The notes: generated from the letters alone by a model not told the origin. A stretch of DNA of 64,000 nucleotides from an uncultured Ignavibacteria bacterium (GCA_963739895.1 CAVUCR010000014.1:164367-228366), one strand, 5' to 3'. Shown: positions 8,608 through 19,893, numbered from the stretch's first letter. Numbers and translations: made by a program.

Positions 8608-9948
8608 ATGTCTACCGATATTCAAAATAAACCGGAAACAGACCAATCCTCAGATGGAATCGATGAATCGAAATATTCTGTGCAGACTCATTTGATTTAC
8701 GGAAAAAACTATTCTAATAAATGGGATTACTCTCACCATGTAATATCGCCGCTTACCAGTTCTGTAATTTTCAGGCTGGATTCGGTTGAGAGAGGGGCAG
8801 AAGGATTTGAAGAATTTGCCAATTCAAATCAAGTTGCAGGAAAGCCAAATCCAATCTATATTTATGATAGGTTAGGTGAACCGAATAAAGATCTCCTTGA
8901 AGAAAATCTTGCTTTTGTTGAGAAAGGGGAAATTGCCGTTACATTCGCTTCAGGTATGGGAGCCATTTCGGGAATACTAGGTATTCTGACCAATTCCGGT
9001 GATGAAATAGTTACCCACAAAACTTTATACGGCTGTACATTTTCGTTGTTAAATAACTGGTATCCAAAATATAATATAAAAAACACCGCTATTGATTTGA
9101 CAATTCCCGAAAATTTAAAAAATAGTATTACTGAAAAAACCAAGGTTGTATATTTTGAAACACCTGCTAATCCAAACCTCGATATAATTGATATAGGTGC
9201 AGTTAGAAAAATTGTTGACAATGTAAATAAAAACCGTAATGAGGAAAATAAAATCTATATAGTTGTGGACAATACTTTCGCAACTCCCTTTTGCCAGAGA
9301 CCAATTGAACACGGCTCTGACTTTACCGTCCATTCATTAACTAAAGGAATCGGCGGTTTTGGAACCGATATGGGTGGCGTTGTAATTGGTCCTAAAAAAT
9401 TTCATGACCTTTTGATGTTATACCGCAAAGACTTTGGTGCTGTGTTAAATACAAAAGCTGCATGGACTGTCTTAACATATGGTTTACCTACACTTCATCT
9501 AAGGATTTCACAGCAGACAAAAAGCGCTATCAGGATAGCAGAATTTTTGAGTGCTCATCCTAAGGTTCAAATGGTAAATTATCCTGGATTAAAAAGTTAT
9601 CAATTTTATTCAACTGCAAAAAAACAAATGATTGACTTTAACGGTAATTTCGCCCCCGGCAGTTTGATCTATTTTACTCTTAAAGGTAAAACTAATTTAG
9701 AATGTAAGGAAAACGGTAGAAGATTTATGAACTTTGCAGCGAAAAATGCTTATACAATGACGCTTGCAGTCAGTTTAGGACATACCCGGACTCTAATAGA
9801 ACATCCCGCTTCTATGACACATTCTATGGTTCCGGCTGATAAATTAATTGAATATGGAATTGACCCGGGTGGAATAAGGTTAGCCTGCGGTTTGGAAAAT
9901 ATTGATGATATTTTATTTGATCTTGAAAAATGTTTGGAAATAGTCTGA
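8608..9948 (+). CDS. PLP-dependent Cys/Met metabolism enzyme (methionine gamma-lyase / O-acylhomoserine sulfhydrylase / cystathionine lyase family)
   Basis: Family motifs: ASGMGAISG, VVDNTFATP, and the PLP-lysine context HSLTKGIGGFGTDMGGVV, plus a C-terminal GGIRLACGLENIDDI. GGAAGGGGA ribosome-binding site upstream. The exact reaction cannot be assigned. Confidence 0.8.
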   Translation: MSTDIQNKPETDQSSDGIDESKYSVQTHLIYGKNYSNKWDYSHHVISPLTSSVIFRLDSVERGAEGFEEFANSNQVAGKPNPIYIYDRLGEPNKDLLEENLAFVEKGEIAVTFASGMGAISGILGILTNSGDEIVTHKTLYGCTFSLLNNWYPKYNIKNTAIDLTIPENLKNSITEKTKVVYFETPANPNLDIIDIGAVRKIVDNVNKNRNEENKIYIVVDNTFATPFCQRPIEHGSDFTVHSLTKGIGGFGTDMGGVVIGPKKFHDLLMLYRKDFGAVLNTKAAWTVLTYGLPTLHLRISQQTKSAIRIAEFLSAHPKVQMVNYPGLKSYQFYSTAKKQMIDFNGNFAPGSLIYFTLKGKTNLECKENGRRFMNFAAKNAYTMTLAVSLGHTRTLIEHPASMTHSMVPADKLIEYGIDPGGIRLACGLENIDDILFDLEKCLEIV

Positions 9949-10009
9949 TATTATAATTCGATTTATTTCTGTATTAACAAATGCAGTTGTTAATCTTTAA
10001 CTTACAAGG

Positions 10010-10613
10010 ATGAAAAGTTATATTTCTGTTTTTAAAAATCTTTCTTTTTTTATTTTAATCAGCATTTTTTTTGCAGATTGTTTTACCTATTCGCAAACAG
10101 CCAGTCAAATGGAATTATTAGGATTTAGAGGGAGCAACTGGGGAAGCAGCATAGATAAAGTAAAAGCAACCGAGACAGAAAGCTATTTGCAGTCATTTCA
10201 TGGATTCGGTATAGATGCTTTATCGTATAAGGGTGATATTGCCGGTTTAACAGCTAGAATTGATTACTCATTCAAAGATGATCGATTGTTTGAAGGGACA
10301 TATATAATTACCCCGGATGAAAATATTAAAACATATTTTAACAAATTTAATTTTTTTTTTAATTGATGAATACGGGAAACCCAATTTCAGATCAGGTCTA
10401 TCCATTGATTCTGATTCTATTTGGATTAAGATTAATGATTATGGTAAATTCAAAGGGCCCGAGTTATTCTGGAAGTTCAATAACGGTTTTATCGGGCTCA
10501 TTGCTTCAAAATTTGAAGATGATATTACCATTTCCATATTATACTCAAACGATAAATCAATTGAAGAGTATGGAAGAGATAGATTAATTTCTACCGATAA
10601 CTACAGCAGGTGA
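10010..10613 (+). CDS. Hypothetical secreted protein or lipoprotein; frame broken in a T10 run
   Basis: N-terminal hydrophobic signal (FFILISIFFADC). ORFs 10010..10366 and 10317..10613 join across T10 at 10351-10360 (..KTYFNKFNFF / LIDEYGKPNF..). Confidence 0.55.
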
Positions 10614-10693
10614 AATTGAAGTTATAAATGTATACGGTATTAAGGTATTTGTTTTAAAACTCTATGCCAATATCCCATATACCTGTATATCTT

Positions 10694-10855
10694 TTACTTA
10701 GTTCTCAAATTATGTTTTTTCCTATAAATGGTTCTGCTTGCTTTATTTTGTTCGGCTTGCAATTTAGCTCTTTCTTTTTTAGTTACAACTCCATCCGATT
10801 TGGCCTTTTTAAAACGTTGCAATGCGGAATTACCGGATGTGCCGAAATATTCCAT
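10694..10855 (-). CDS. Small basic hypothetical protein (53 aa from the internal Met; the ORF extends to 10942)
   Basis: Only the lysine/arginine-rich C-terminal part looks protein-like (KKAKSDGVVTKKERAKLQAEQNKASRTIYRKKHN). No clear ribosome-binding site. Confidence 0.3.
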   Translation of the reverse strand: MEYFGTSGNSALQRFKKAKSDGVVTKKERAKLQAEQNKASRTIYRKKHNLRTK

Positions 10856-11024
10856 TAAGATAATATAGTAATTACAGCGCCGAGAAATTATTAAATTCCA
10901 CTCAATATTTAAAGAAAATACGGCCCTTTTTAAAAGGAACAAAGCCTAAATATTTTCTTGTTAGTAAATAAACTGAGTGTTAGATATTAAAGAGATAATA
11001 ATCAGTTCTCTGGATTGAATATCT

Positions 11025-11330
11025 TTAATCAGCAGCGTTTTCAACTTTTTCCGCAGGGAAGGGGAAATTAAAGAAATAATGATATCCGTCTTCTTTAATT
11101 ATTTTTTCTTTTGTTAAAAAGTATTTATCCTTTACTTCTTTATTAAAATAAGGAAGATACAATCCTTCTTCATAATATATTATTGGTAATCTTATTTTAT
11201 TATGAGATACAAGGTAGGCCATATCTATCATAATTTTCCTGAGAGATTCACCATCTTCTTTTCTTAAATATAAAGGTTTCACAATATTCTTTCTAAAGTA
11301 AGATAAAAAATTAGATAAAGATAATAACAA
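11025..11330 (-). CDS. Hypothetical protein (about 100 aa); start uncertain
   Basis: ORF only. No motif recognised. Non-ATG first codon in the track. Confidence 0.35.
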   Translation of the reverse strand: MLLSLSNFLSYFRKNIVKPLYLRKEDGESLRKIMIDMAYLVSHNKIRLPIIYYEEGLYLPYFNKEVKDKYFLTKEKIIKEDGYHYFFNFPFPAEKVENAAD

Positions 11331-11625
11331 TTTTAAATAACAGAGTTTTCAATTGTTTTATTTTTTTATTACTAAAACGGAAAAACTGTTTCAACTATTT
11401 ACTTTGTACTTTAAATAATCATGGTATAGAATAATAATTGAATCTTTTGTTTTTAGAAATATATAATTAAAATATAAAAAAAATAAAATTATTATAATTA
11501 AAAGGTTTAGATAATATTTTCAAAGATGGAAATCGTTTATTGGACAATTAATATATATTTATTATGCTTTAAAATTCAATTTACTTATTTTAAACATTCT
11601 TAATTCAATTTTTTAGGAGAATAAT

Positions 11626-12544
11626 TTGGGTTTACTAGTTGTAGGAACACTAGGCCTTGATAATGTTTCAACTCCATTTGATAAAATAGAAAATGCTCTG
11701 GGAGGTTCTGCGACCTATATAGCATTATCTGCGAGTTATTTTAGCGGCCCGGTTTATCTTGTAGGTGTTGTGGGAAAAGATTTCCCTGGGAAATATATCA
11801 ATTTACTTGAACAGCATAGTGTTGATCTTGAAGGACTTCAAATTTTAGAAAATGAAAAAACATTTCGCTGGGCTGGTAAATATCATTATGATTTAAATGT
11901 CAGGGATACACTTTTAACTGAATTAAATGCGTTGGAAAATTTCGACCCAGTTGTACCCGAGAAATACCGTAAATCTAAATTTGTTTGCCTTGGAAATATT
12001 GATCCGGCTTTGCAGATTAAAGGTATTGGATCAAATGGAAAACCCGAGATTTATTGTCTGCGACACAATGAATTACTGGATTGAAGGGAAAAAGGAAGAA
12101 CTTCTTGAAGTCCTTCAAAGAGCAAATGTTTTAATTATTAATGATTCTGAAGCCCGCCTTCTTACAAAAGAGCCGAATTTAATAAAATCTGCAAAAGTAA
12201 TCAGAGAGATGGGCCCTGAAATATTAATCATCAAAAAAGGCGAGCACGGTGCATTACTTTTTGCGGATGATATTATTTTTTCAGCGCCCGCATATCCGAT
12301 GGAAATGATATATGATCCAACCGGGGCTGGTGATTCTTTTGCAGGCGGATTCATAGGTTATTTACATAAAACTCAGGATTTAAGCCCGGAAAATATGAAA
12401 TGTGCTGTTGTATATGGAAGTGCTATGGCTTCATTTTGTGTTGAGAAGTTCAGCACAAAAGGATTAGAAGACTTGGAATACCTTCGAGTTCAAGATAGAT
12501 ACAGGGAATTTCTTAAACTTTCACAATTTGATGAAAAAGAATAG
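11626..12544 (+). CDS. PfkB/ribokinase-family carbohydrate or nucleoside kinase; frame broken once
   Basis: N-terminal VVGTLGLDNV..GGSATY and C-terminal DPTGAGDSFAGGFIGYL (the PfkB signature 2 region). ORFs 11626..12084 and 11927..12544 join at about 12022 (..NIDPALQIK / VLDQMENPRFIVCDTMNYW..). Confidence 0.8.
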
Positions 12545-13550
12545 CTATTTCTCTTTAGATTTTATTGATGATAAATTTATTTTTCTCGATCAAACCAAGC
12601 TCCCGCTAATTGAAGAATATATTGAAACCGAAGATTACAATAGGATAGCCGAAGCTATTGAAAGATTGGAAATTAGAGGTGCACCTGCAATCGGTGTAGC
12701 TGCTGCATATGGTTTGTCCCTTTCGCTTAAAGGAATCCCTAAAAATTCTGCTGATGAAATATTTGAAGCTGCATATACGCGCCTTGCAAAAACGCGGCCT
12801 ACAGCAGTTAATTTATTCCGTTCTCTGGAGGAACTGAAAAAAGTATTTATAATTAATAGGGATTCAGACAATATTTATTCAATAGTAAAATCGGAAGCTG
12901 AAAAAATTCATAAAGATGATATTGAAAAATGCAGGTTAATCGGAGAAAACGGTCTGAACATATTCAAAAAAAACAAATCGAATATTTTAACACACTGCAA
13001 TACCGGCAAACTTGCGACAAGCGGGGATGGAACAGCATTTAATGTTATTAAAAGAGCTTTCGAAAAGGATCTGGTAAATTTTGTTTATGCTGATGAGACT
13101 CGTCCGCTTCTGCAGGGTTTGAGGCTTACAGCCTTTGAATTGGAAAAGAACGGGATCCCTTTTGCTGTTTTGTCTGATTCCAGCGCTGCATTCCTAATGC
13201 AGCAGAATAAGGTTGATCTTGTTGTTGTTGGAGCAGATCGTATTGCAATTAATGGAGATACTGCTAATAAGATAGGAACATATAATTTAGCGGTTCTTTG
13301 CAATCATCATAATATCCCTTTTTATATTGCAGCACCAACTACTACAATTGACAGAACAATTCCTACAGGACATGAGATAGTAATTGAAGAAAGAAAAAGT
13401 ATAGAATTACTGAAGGTAAATGGTCATAACATTGCACCAGATACCTATAAAGCTTATACTCCTGCTTTTGATGTTACTCCTTCACATTTAATCACCGGTA
13501 TAATTACGGAAGACCAGGTATATTTTTTCCCTTATAATTTTATTCAATGA
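12528..13550 (+). CDS. mtnA: S-methyl-5-thioribose-1-phosphate isomerase (eIF-2B alpha/beta/delta-like family)
   Basis: RGAPAIGVAAAYG, RPTAVNL, THCNTGKLATSGDGTA, ADETRPLLQGLRLTAFEL, VVVGADRIAINGDTANKIGTY, IPFYIAAPTTTID. Confidence 0.85.
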   Translation: MMKKNSYFSLDFIDDKFIFLDQTKLPLIEEYIETEDYNRIAEAIERLEIRGAPAIGVAAAYGLSLSLKGIPKNSADEIFEAAYTRLAKTRPTAVNLFRSLEELKKVFIINRDSDNIYSIVKSEAEKIHKDDIEKCRLIGENGLNIFKKNKSNILTHCNTGKLATSGDGTAFNVIKRAFEKDLVNFVYADETRPLLQGLRLTAFELEKNGIPFAVLSDSSAAFLMQQNKVDLVVVGADRIAINGDTANKIGTYNLAVLCNHHNIPFYIAAPTTTIDRTIPTGHEIVIEERKSIELLKVNGHNIAPDTYKAYTPAFDVTPSHLITGIITEDQVYFFPYNFIQ

Positions 13551-14293
13551 GTGAAATAATAAAAACTGAAGCCTTAGTTTTAAGTAAATTAAACTATGGT
13601 GATACAAGTAGTATTGTTGCTCTTTTTACCAAAGACTACGGGAGGTTATCGGCAATTATCAAAGGAAGCAGGGGCCCAAAGTCTAAAATTGGTTCTATCG
13701 CAGATCCATTAAATCATTTACAGGTGATTTTATACAAAAAAGATACCCGTGAAATCCAAATATTATCAAGTGCCGATATTATTTCACATTTCTCCAGGAT
13801 TAAGGAAGATCTAGAAAAGCTGAAGTATTCTTATGCAATCCTTGAACTTGTTAAAAAGCTGATACCGGAGCATGAGGTGAATGAAAGATTATTTAACGGT
13901 TTAAGCCGGATTTTTTATCTTTTTGAAAACTCCGAAGAACATCCTAAAATATTATTCAGTAGGTTTTTTATGTTCTTTTTAACCGAATTAGGTTATGCCG
14001 TACAAATTCAAAAGTGTTCGGCTTGCGGAAAATCAAATCTTGACAATATGAATTTGGCTTACAATTTCGAATTGGGTATTTTATGTAAAGATTGTAAAAC
14101 AGGATATATCGAGTCTTTTCAAATAAATTCGGAACTTTTTAATTATTTACAGTGTCTAAAGCAGAATAAAAAGATAACTTATGAAAAAGAACAAATTTAC
14201 GATAAAGCAATAATGTTCTTAGAATCATATTTAAAATTTCATATTACTGATTTCAGCGGAATAAAATCCTTTCAATTATTTAAAGAGGTCTAA
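13547..14293 (+). CDS. recO: DNA repair protein RecO
   Basis: The N-terminal OB-fold consensus is TEALVLSKLNYGDTSSIVALFTKDYGRLSAIIKGSRG. Zinc-finger cysteines CSACGK..CKDC are present. ATGA overlap with mtnA. Confidence 0.85.
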   Translation: MSEIIKTEALVLSKLNYGDTSSIVALFTKDYGRLSAIIKGSRGPKSKIGSIADPLNHLQVILYKKDTREIQILSSADIISHFSRIKEDLEKLKYSYAILELVKKLIPEHEVNERLFNGLSRIFYLFENSEEHPKILFSRFFMFFLTELGYAVQIQKCSACGKSNLDNMNLAYNFELGILCKDCKTGYIESFQINSELFNYLQCLKQNKKITYEKEQIYDKAIMFLESYLKFHITDFSGIKSFQLFKEV

Positions 14294-14361
14294 ATAAGAA
14301 TTTATACAAATGCAAAAGATTTGCAGAAAAGAAAAAATTTTAAAAAATCTGGAGGACAAAA

Positions 14362-15853
14362 ATGAAAACTAAAGGATTAATCGGTGCTCTTGCCTTAATT
14401 GTGGTTGGAATTATTTTCGGTGCACTACTTGTTTCCGGCTTTGGATTGGTGAGACCCAGCCTTGCTGATATTAACCTCGGTGCTTCCCAGCCGCCTGTTA
14501 ATCTAGATGCAGATGCTACTTCGTTTAGTAAAGCATTCATTGAAGTTGCACAAAAAGTTACTCCCTGCCATTGTTCAAATCAATGTTATTTCAGAAACTA
14601 AAGATGATCCCCACCAGGATTTTTTCTTTTTCCCATTTAAAGATATGCCACAAGAGGAAAGAGGATCCGGTAGCGGTATAATAATTTCAAAAGATGGCTA
14701 TATTGTAACTAACAATCATGTCGTGGAAAATGCAACTTCCGTTAAGGTAGGATTATATGATAAAAGAGTATTCGATGCCAAAGTTGTAGGTACTGATCCT
14801 TTAACAGATCTAGCAGTAATTAAAATTGATGCGAACGATTTGCCCACAGCTTATTTAGGTGATTCCGATAATCTTAAAGTCGGACAATGGGTCATGGCAA
14901 TTGGAAATCCTTTGTCATTAGCTTCAACGGTTACTGCGGGTATTGTCAGTGCAATGGGGAGAGGAAGGTTAGGTTTAATAAAAAATAGTTACGGTGTGGA
15001 AGATTTTATTCAGACTGATGCAGCTATAAATCCAGGTAATAGCGGCGGAGCTTTGGTAGATTTATCCGGGGCTGTAATTGGAGTAAACTCGGCAATTGCT
15101 GCAGGTAGAACTGGTACTTATATCGGGTATGGATTTGCAATTCCGATTAACCTTGTAAAGTCGGTTGCCAAAGATTTAATCGCACACGGGAAAATAAGCA
15201 GAGGCTATATTGGTGTTAATATTGCTGATCTCGATTATACAACTGCAAAATCTTTAGGTCTTGATAAACCCAAAGGAGTTATTATCCAGGGTGTACTGCC
15301 TGATGGTGCTGCTGCGAATGCCGATATCAAACAAGGTGATGTTATTTTGAAGATTGATGGTAAAGAAGTTGACCAGACTAATGAACTTCAAAGTTATATT
15401 GCCAGCCGATCTGCAGGTACAACTGTTAATTTAACTATATACCGTGACGGCAAGACTATAGATAGAAAAGTAACATTAAAACCGAGAGAAGAAGAAGCAA
15501 AAGCTGAACCAACCTCTAACAAGAGTGAAGATAAAAATGAATCTAAATCGGAAAATACTTCTGCTAGTTTCGACAATATCGGTATATCGGTGAGAAATCT
15601 TACATCTAAAGAAAAATCTGATTTAAAACTTGCTCATGGAGTGGTTATTACCGACGTAAAACCTTTCAGTGAAGCTGAAGATCAGCAGTTATTTAAAGGT
15701 GTTATAATTGTTCAGGCGGATAAAAAACCTGTTGAAGATGTGAAAGATTTAAAGGAAATTTTGAATGATAAAAAAGGTTCCGCTGTTTTACTGAAAATGC
15801 AAGACAGCAAAGGGAACAGTTTCTTTAAAGGTATCCAGATACCGGAAAATTAG
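14362..15853 (+). CDS. htrA: Periplasmic serine endoprotease HtrA/DegP/DegQ family with two PDZ domains; frame broken once
   Basis: Signal/TM helix, then [21 protein letters not shown] (His), DLAVIKID (Asp) and GNSGGALVD (Ser). ORFs 14362..14601 and 14507..15853 join at CCC 14563-14565 (..AQKVTP / AIVQINVI..). Confidence 0.88.
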
Positions 15854-15882
15854 GAAATTTTTTAGTCTGAAAGATTTTTCCG

Positions 15883-15913
15883 AAACGCCCGATTTACTCG
15901 GGCGTTTTTTTTT
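15883..15913 (+). terminator. Rho-independent terminator after htrA
   Basis: AAACGCCCG - ATTTACT - CGGGCGTTT followed by a T run; perfect 9-bp GC-rich stem. Confidence 0.85.
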
Positions 15914-16008
15914 ATGTATTCTTAAAATGATTTTTATGAATGCATATATGAAGTAAACATTTAGTTAATACTTTTTTATATTTGTAACTTCACAAAAATG
16001 GAATAAAA

Positions 16009-17221
16009 ATGATAAGATTTCTTACTTCGGGTGAATCTCACGGAAAAGCTGTTATTGCGATTATTGGAGGGATTTCCTTCAAATATTAAAATTGAAAACA
16101 GTTATATTAATTTCCATCTTAAAAGAAGACAAGCCGGATACGGCAGGGGATTAAGGATGAAAATTGAAACTGATACTGCTGAAATTTTATCTGGAATAAG
16201 GTTTCAGAAAACTCTTGGTTCCCCGGTTTCTCTTTTAATCAAGAATAAGGATTGGGAGAACTGGATTACCAAAATGACGCCGGATAAAAGAAAAGAAGCT
16301 GTTGAAAAAATTACAGTTCCCAGGCCGGGTCATGCAGACCTTGTCGGAATTTCAAAATATAATTTTAATGATATACGTAATTCAATTGAAAGATCTTCAG
16401 CAAGAGAAACTGCTGCCAGAGTCGCCGCAGGATCAATTGCCAGGAAATTTCTTGAGGAATTTGGGATTTATTTCGGAAGTTACGTCGAAAGTATAGGCGG
16501 AATCTATTCTAAAAGCAGTTTCCTTGATAAATTTTTCAATAATGATTTACCTAGAAACTTTAATGCATGGGATTTATCTATAGAATCGGATAAAAGTGAT
16601 GTAAGGGTACTTGATAAGGAGCATGAAGAAAAAATAATAAAAAAAATTAAAGAGGCTAAAAAAAAGGGAGATACTTTAGGCGGAACATTTATTACCGTAG
16701 CTACGGGTGTTCCTGTTGGTCTTGGGAGTTTTGTTCACTATGATACAAAATTGGATGCTGAAATTGCACAGTCGATTATGTCGATTAATGCAGTTAAAGC
16801 TGTGGCAATTGGTTCCGGTTTTGATTCTGCTGAAAAGTTTGGTTCTGTGTCACATGATGAAATAATAAAAACAAAAAACGGTTTTTCACGCAAGACAAAT
16901 CGTTCAGGAGGAATTGAAGGAGGAATTTCCACGGGCTTGCCGGTTATTGTTCGCAGTGCTATGAAACCGATCGCCACACTAATGAGCCCTATTGAAAGCG
17001 TTGATCTAAAAACTATGAAAATTGTTGATGCAAGGAGAGAAAGAAGTGATTTTGTCGCGGTGCCTGCTTGCGCGGTCATCGCGGAATCCATGCTTGCCTG
17101 GTCAATTGCAAAATATTTCCTTTTAAAATTCGGTGGTGATTCTATTGAGGAAACTAAAGATAACTTTAAAAGTTATAGCTCGAAACTGATGAAGAGGATT
17201 ACTAAAAATTTTAAAAGCTGA
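16009..17221 (+). CDS. aroC: Chorismate synthase; frame broken once near the N-terminus
   Basis: The true N-terminus MIRFLTSGESHGKAVIAII starts at ATG 16009. It continues in the next frame as EGFPSNIKI after an extra G at about 16066. Downstream motifs: GYGRGLRMKIE, RPGHADL, RSSARETAARVA, INAVKAV. Confidence 0.9.
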
Positions 17222-17332
17222 TTTCCTGAACCTTATATTGTGATACTGTAATAATGCAATATTCTTAAAATAAAATAAGTTAATTGAGCATCTCTTTATC
17301 AGCATTAAAACAATATAGACAAACAAACAATA

Positions 17333-17987
17333 ATGATCATTATAAAAAAATTTGTATTTAATCCTTTCTCTGAAAACACATATGTAGATCTGGGATGAAA
17401 AAACAAATGAAGGGATGTTAGTTGATCCGGGATGTTTTGATTCTTCGGAAGAGGTTACCCTTGAAAATTTTATTTCGAAAAGAAATATTTTTATTAAGTA
17501 CTTAATTATTACCCACTGCCATATTGATCATATTCTGGGAAGCAGGTTTGTTAAAGATAAATATTCTCCTATTTATTTAGTTCCTAAAGAAGATCTGCCT
17601 TTATTGAAAGAGGCTGAAAAACAAGCATCTGTTTTTGGATTAGATATTGGAACTCCTCCACCATTACCGGACGATTATTTAGATGAAAATTCTAAGATCT
17701 ATTTAGGAGATGCATCAGTAAATATTTTATATACCCCGGGGCATTCACCCGGAGAGCATTGTCTTTATTTTGAAAAGGAAAAATTTTGTTTAACGGGTGA
17801 TGTATTATTTCAAAATAGTATCGGCAGAACTGATTTATGGGGAGGAGATTATTTAACATTATTGAAATCAATAAAGGACAAACTTTTTTCGTTGCCGGGC
17901 GAAGTAACAATTTACCCGGGTCACGGTGAAAGCAGTAAAATCGGGATTGAAAAAAATGATAATCCTTTTTTGCAATTAAGTAATTAA
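17333..17987 (+). CDS. Metallo-beta-lactamase-fold hydrolase (glyoxalase II-like); frame broken once
   Basis: MIIIKKFVFNPFSENTYV (ATG 17333) joins IWDEKTNEGMLVDPG at about 17387. Metal motif THCHIDH. Later motifs HSPGE and GDVLF..GRTDL. Confidence 0.8.
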
Positions 17988-18061
17988 TCATACAATGAAA
18001 AAATGTATTCAGCTTCAACACTACCTTTTAATAATTATTAGTTTTATTTTTAGATAAAAGA

Positions 18062-18842
18062 ATGAAACAATTCATGATCTCACAAAAAGCTTTCGGAAAA
18101 AATATTACTTACTTAATAATAAGTTATTTTTTATTGTGGATCATTTTATTTGAATTTGTTTTACCTTCAAATAACTTTATTCCCAAACCTTCAATTGTAC
18201 TGGATTCGTTTGGAGCTTTATGGAAAGATTACCATCTCTTGAGAAATTTTATCTCATCGATTGCATCTGTTTACATTTCTATAATTGCAGCATACTATTT
18301 ACTTAGAATATTAAATAAATATTTATTGCATGAAAAAGCAGGGGTAAGGAATTTCATATTCTCTATTGAAGGGTTTTCAAAATACGTCCCTGGGATTGTC
18401 CTTGGCTTCTTACTTAATATATTGGTTCCCTCAATCTGAGTATATAAAATATCTTTTCATCTTTATTGTTGTTTTTAATTCCCTATTACTGGAGCATTCC
18501 AGCTTGTCTGCTAATATAAACCAGGAATATGTAGATTCAGCATCATCATTAGGTGCGAGCAGTTCGGTAATCTCCAACAAAGTGATTTGGAAAACTTTCC
18601 AGCCAGACCTGATGGTTCATATATATGACTCTCATTTGTATTTTTGGACTATGATGATATTTTATGAATTTGCCAACTATGGAAACGGGTTCGGTTCTAT
18701 CATTAGGCGTGCGCTTGATTTCCAGGATTTATCCGCGCTTTTTGCTGCTATATTTATTTTGGGGATTATCATTTTTATAAGTTCATATATAATTAAAATT
18801 TCAAAGAACAAACTTTTTGCCTGGAGCGGAATTGGAGACTGA
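18062..18842 (+). CDS. ABC transporter permease (nitrate/sulfonate/taurine-type, inferred); frame broken once
   Basis: Multi-TM protein. ORFs 18062..18439 and 18366..18842 join at about 18416-18422. It contains ..YVDSASSLGAS.. resembling the EAA-loop region. Position upstream of an ABC ATPase. Confidence 0.65.
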
Positions 18843-19638
18843 AAATAATCTTCTTCAGATAAAAAATATTTCCAAATATTTTGAAATGACCGCAGGTGCT
18901 AGAAATCATGTACTGGCGGATATTAATTTTAAAATCAGACATAATATTGAAACCGGGCAAATAATTTCTATTCTTGCTCCTTTTGGATCGGGAAAAACTA
19001 CCTTACTCAGAATAATTGCTGGAATTGAAAAGCCTACGGTAGGAGAAGTTCTGTATAATAATAAAAACTATATTCCATCGATACGGAAAATAATTTATCT
19101 GCCTGAAAAACCTTCCTCTTTCCCATGGCTGGATGTTAAGGGTAATTTAAACTTTGCATCTGAAATCGGTTCGAAGAATAATCATGAGCAGGATATTAAT
19201 GATATAATATCTTTAGTAGGTTTATCCGGTTATGAAAATCATACACCTCATAATGCAAGTATTGGTTTCAGGTTTAGAATATCGCTTGCCCGTGCATTAA
19301 TGGTGAACCCGGCTTTTATATTAATTGATGATTCACTAAAAAATTTGAATACTGAGACTAAAGAAGAACTCTATAATATAATTAATATTGTAACTAATAC
19401 GCAAAAAGTTAGTTTAATTTTAGCAACTACTAATATATCATCGGCAATAAAACTTTCGGACTCAATTTATCTTATGAAAAAAAATCCCGGTTCAATATTT
19501 CATGAGATTAAGTTGAACAAAGAACCCGGTAAAAGGTTGAAATTAACAGGGGAAAAGAGTTTTTCTGCAATAAAAGATGAAATTGAATCTTTATTTAAAT
19601 CTAAAGATATGATGAATGAAATAAGTTTTACAATTTAG
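18817..19638 (+). CDS. ABC-type ATP-binding protein with degenerate catalytic motifs; start uncertain
   Basis: Walker A APFGSGKTT and LLRIIAGIEKPTVGEV are recognisable. The other catalytic positions are substituted, as detailed in the finding at 18062-19638. Confidence 0.7.
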   Translation: MPGAELETENNLLQIKNISKYFEMTAGARNHVLADINFKIRHNIETGQIISILAPFGSGKTTLLRIIAGIEKPTVGEVLYNNKNYIPSIRKIIYLPEKPSSFPWLDVKGNLNFASEIGSKNNHEQDINDIISLVGLSGYENHTPHNASIGFRFRISLARALMVNPAFILIDDSLKNLNTETKEELYNIINIVTNTQKVSLILATTNISSAIKLSDSIYLMKKNPGSIFHEIKLNKEPGKRLKLTGEKSFSAIKDEIESLFKSKDMMNEISFTI

Positions 19639-19893
19639 GAATTAATAAAAATTTATTGGTATGGAAATTGTGCTTTCTTAAAAAATAAACTAAATGAAAA
19701 GAAAATAGGTACCTAGATTCATTTGTTCATTGATATTTTTGAAGAAAATTCAATAATTAAAGCCGTAAATTTTCTGGAAATTAATATATTATACCGAACG
19801 AATTATTTATGGGTAATTACTTCCGAAATAACTTCCCAAATATGAGAATTAATTTATAATTTAGCATTAAATTTTAATTGTTTAAGGGATTTT

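Noticed and set aside
9973-9994. ATTAACAA-ATGCAG-TTGTTAAT hairpin after the PLP enzyme gene as a terminator
   Set aside because: The 8-bp stem has only one G-C pair and no U tract. It is too weak to call.
16031-16066. GTG 16031 as the aroC start, and ATG 36600 as the receiver start
   Set aside because: The conserved aroC N-terminus MIRFLTSGESHGK is encoded from ATG 16009 in the adjacent frame. The receiver has a GGAGG site before ATG 36519, and its upstream extension is hydrophobic read-through.
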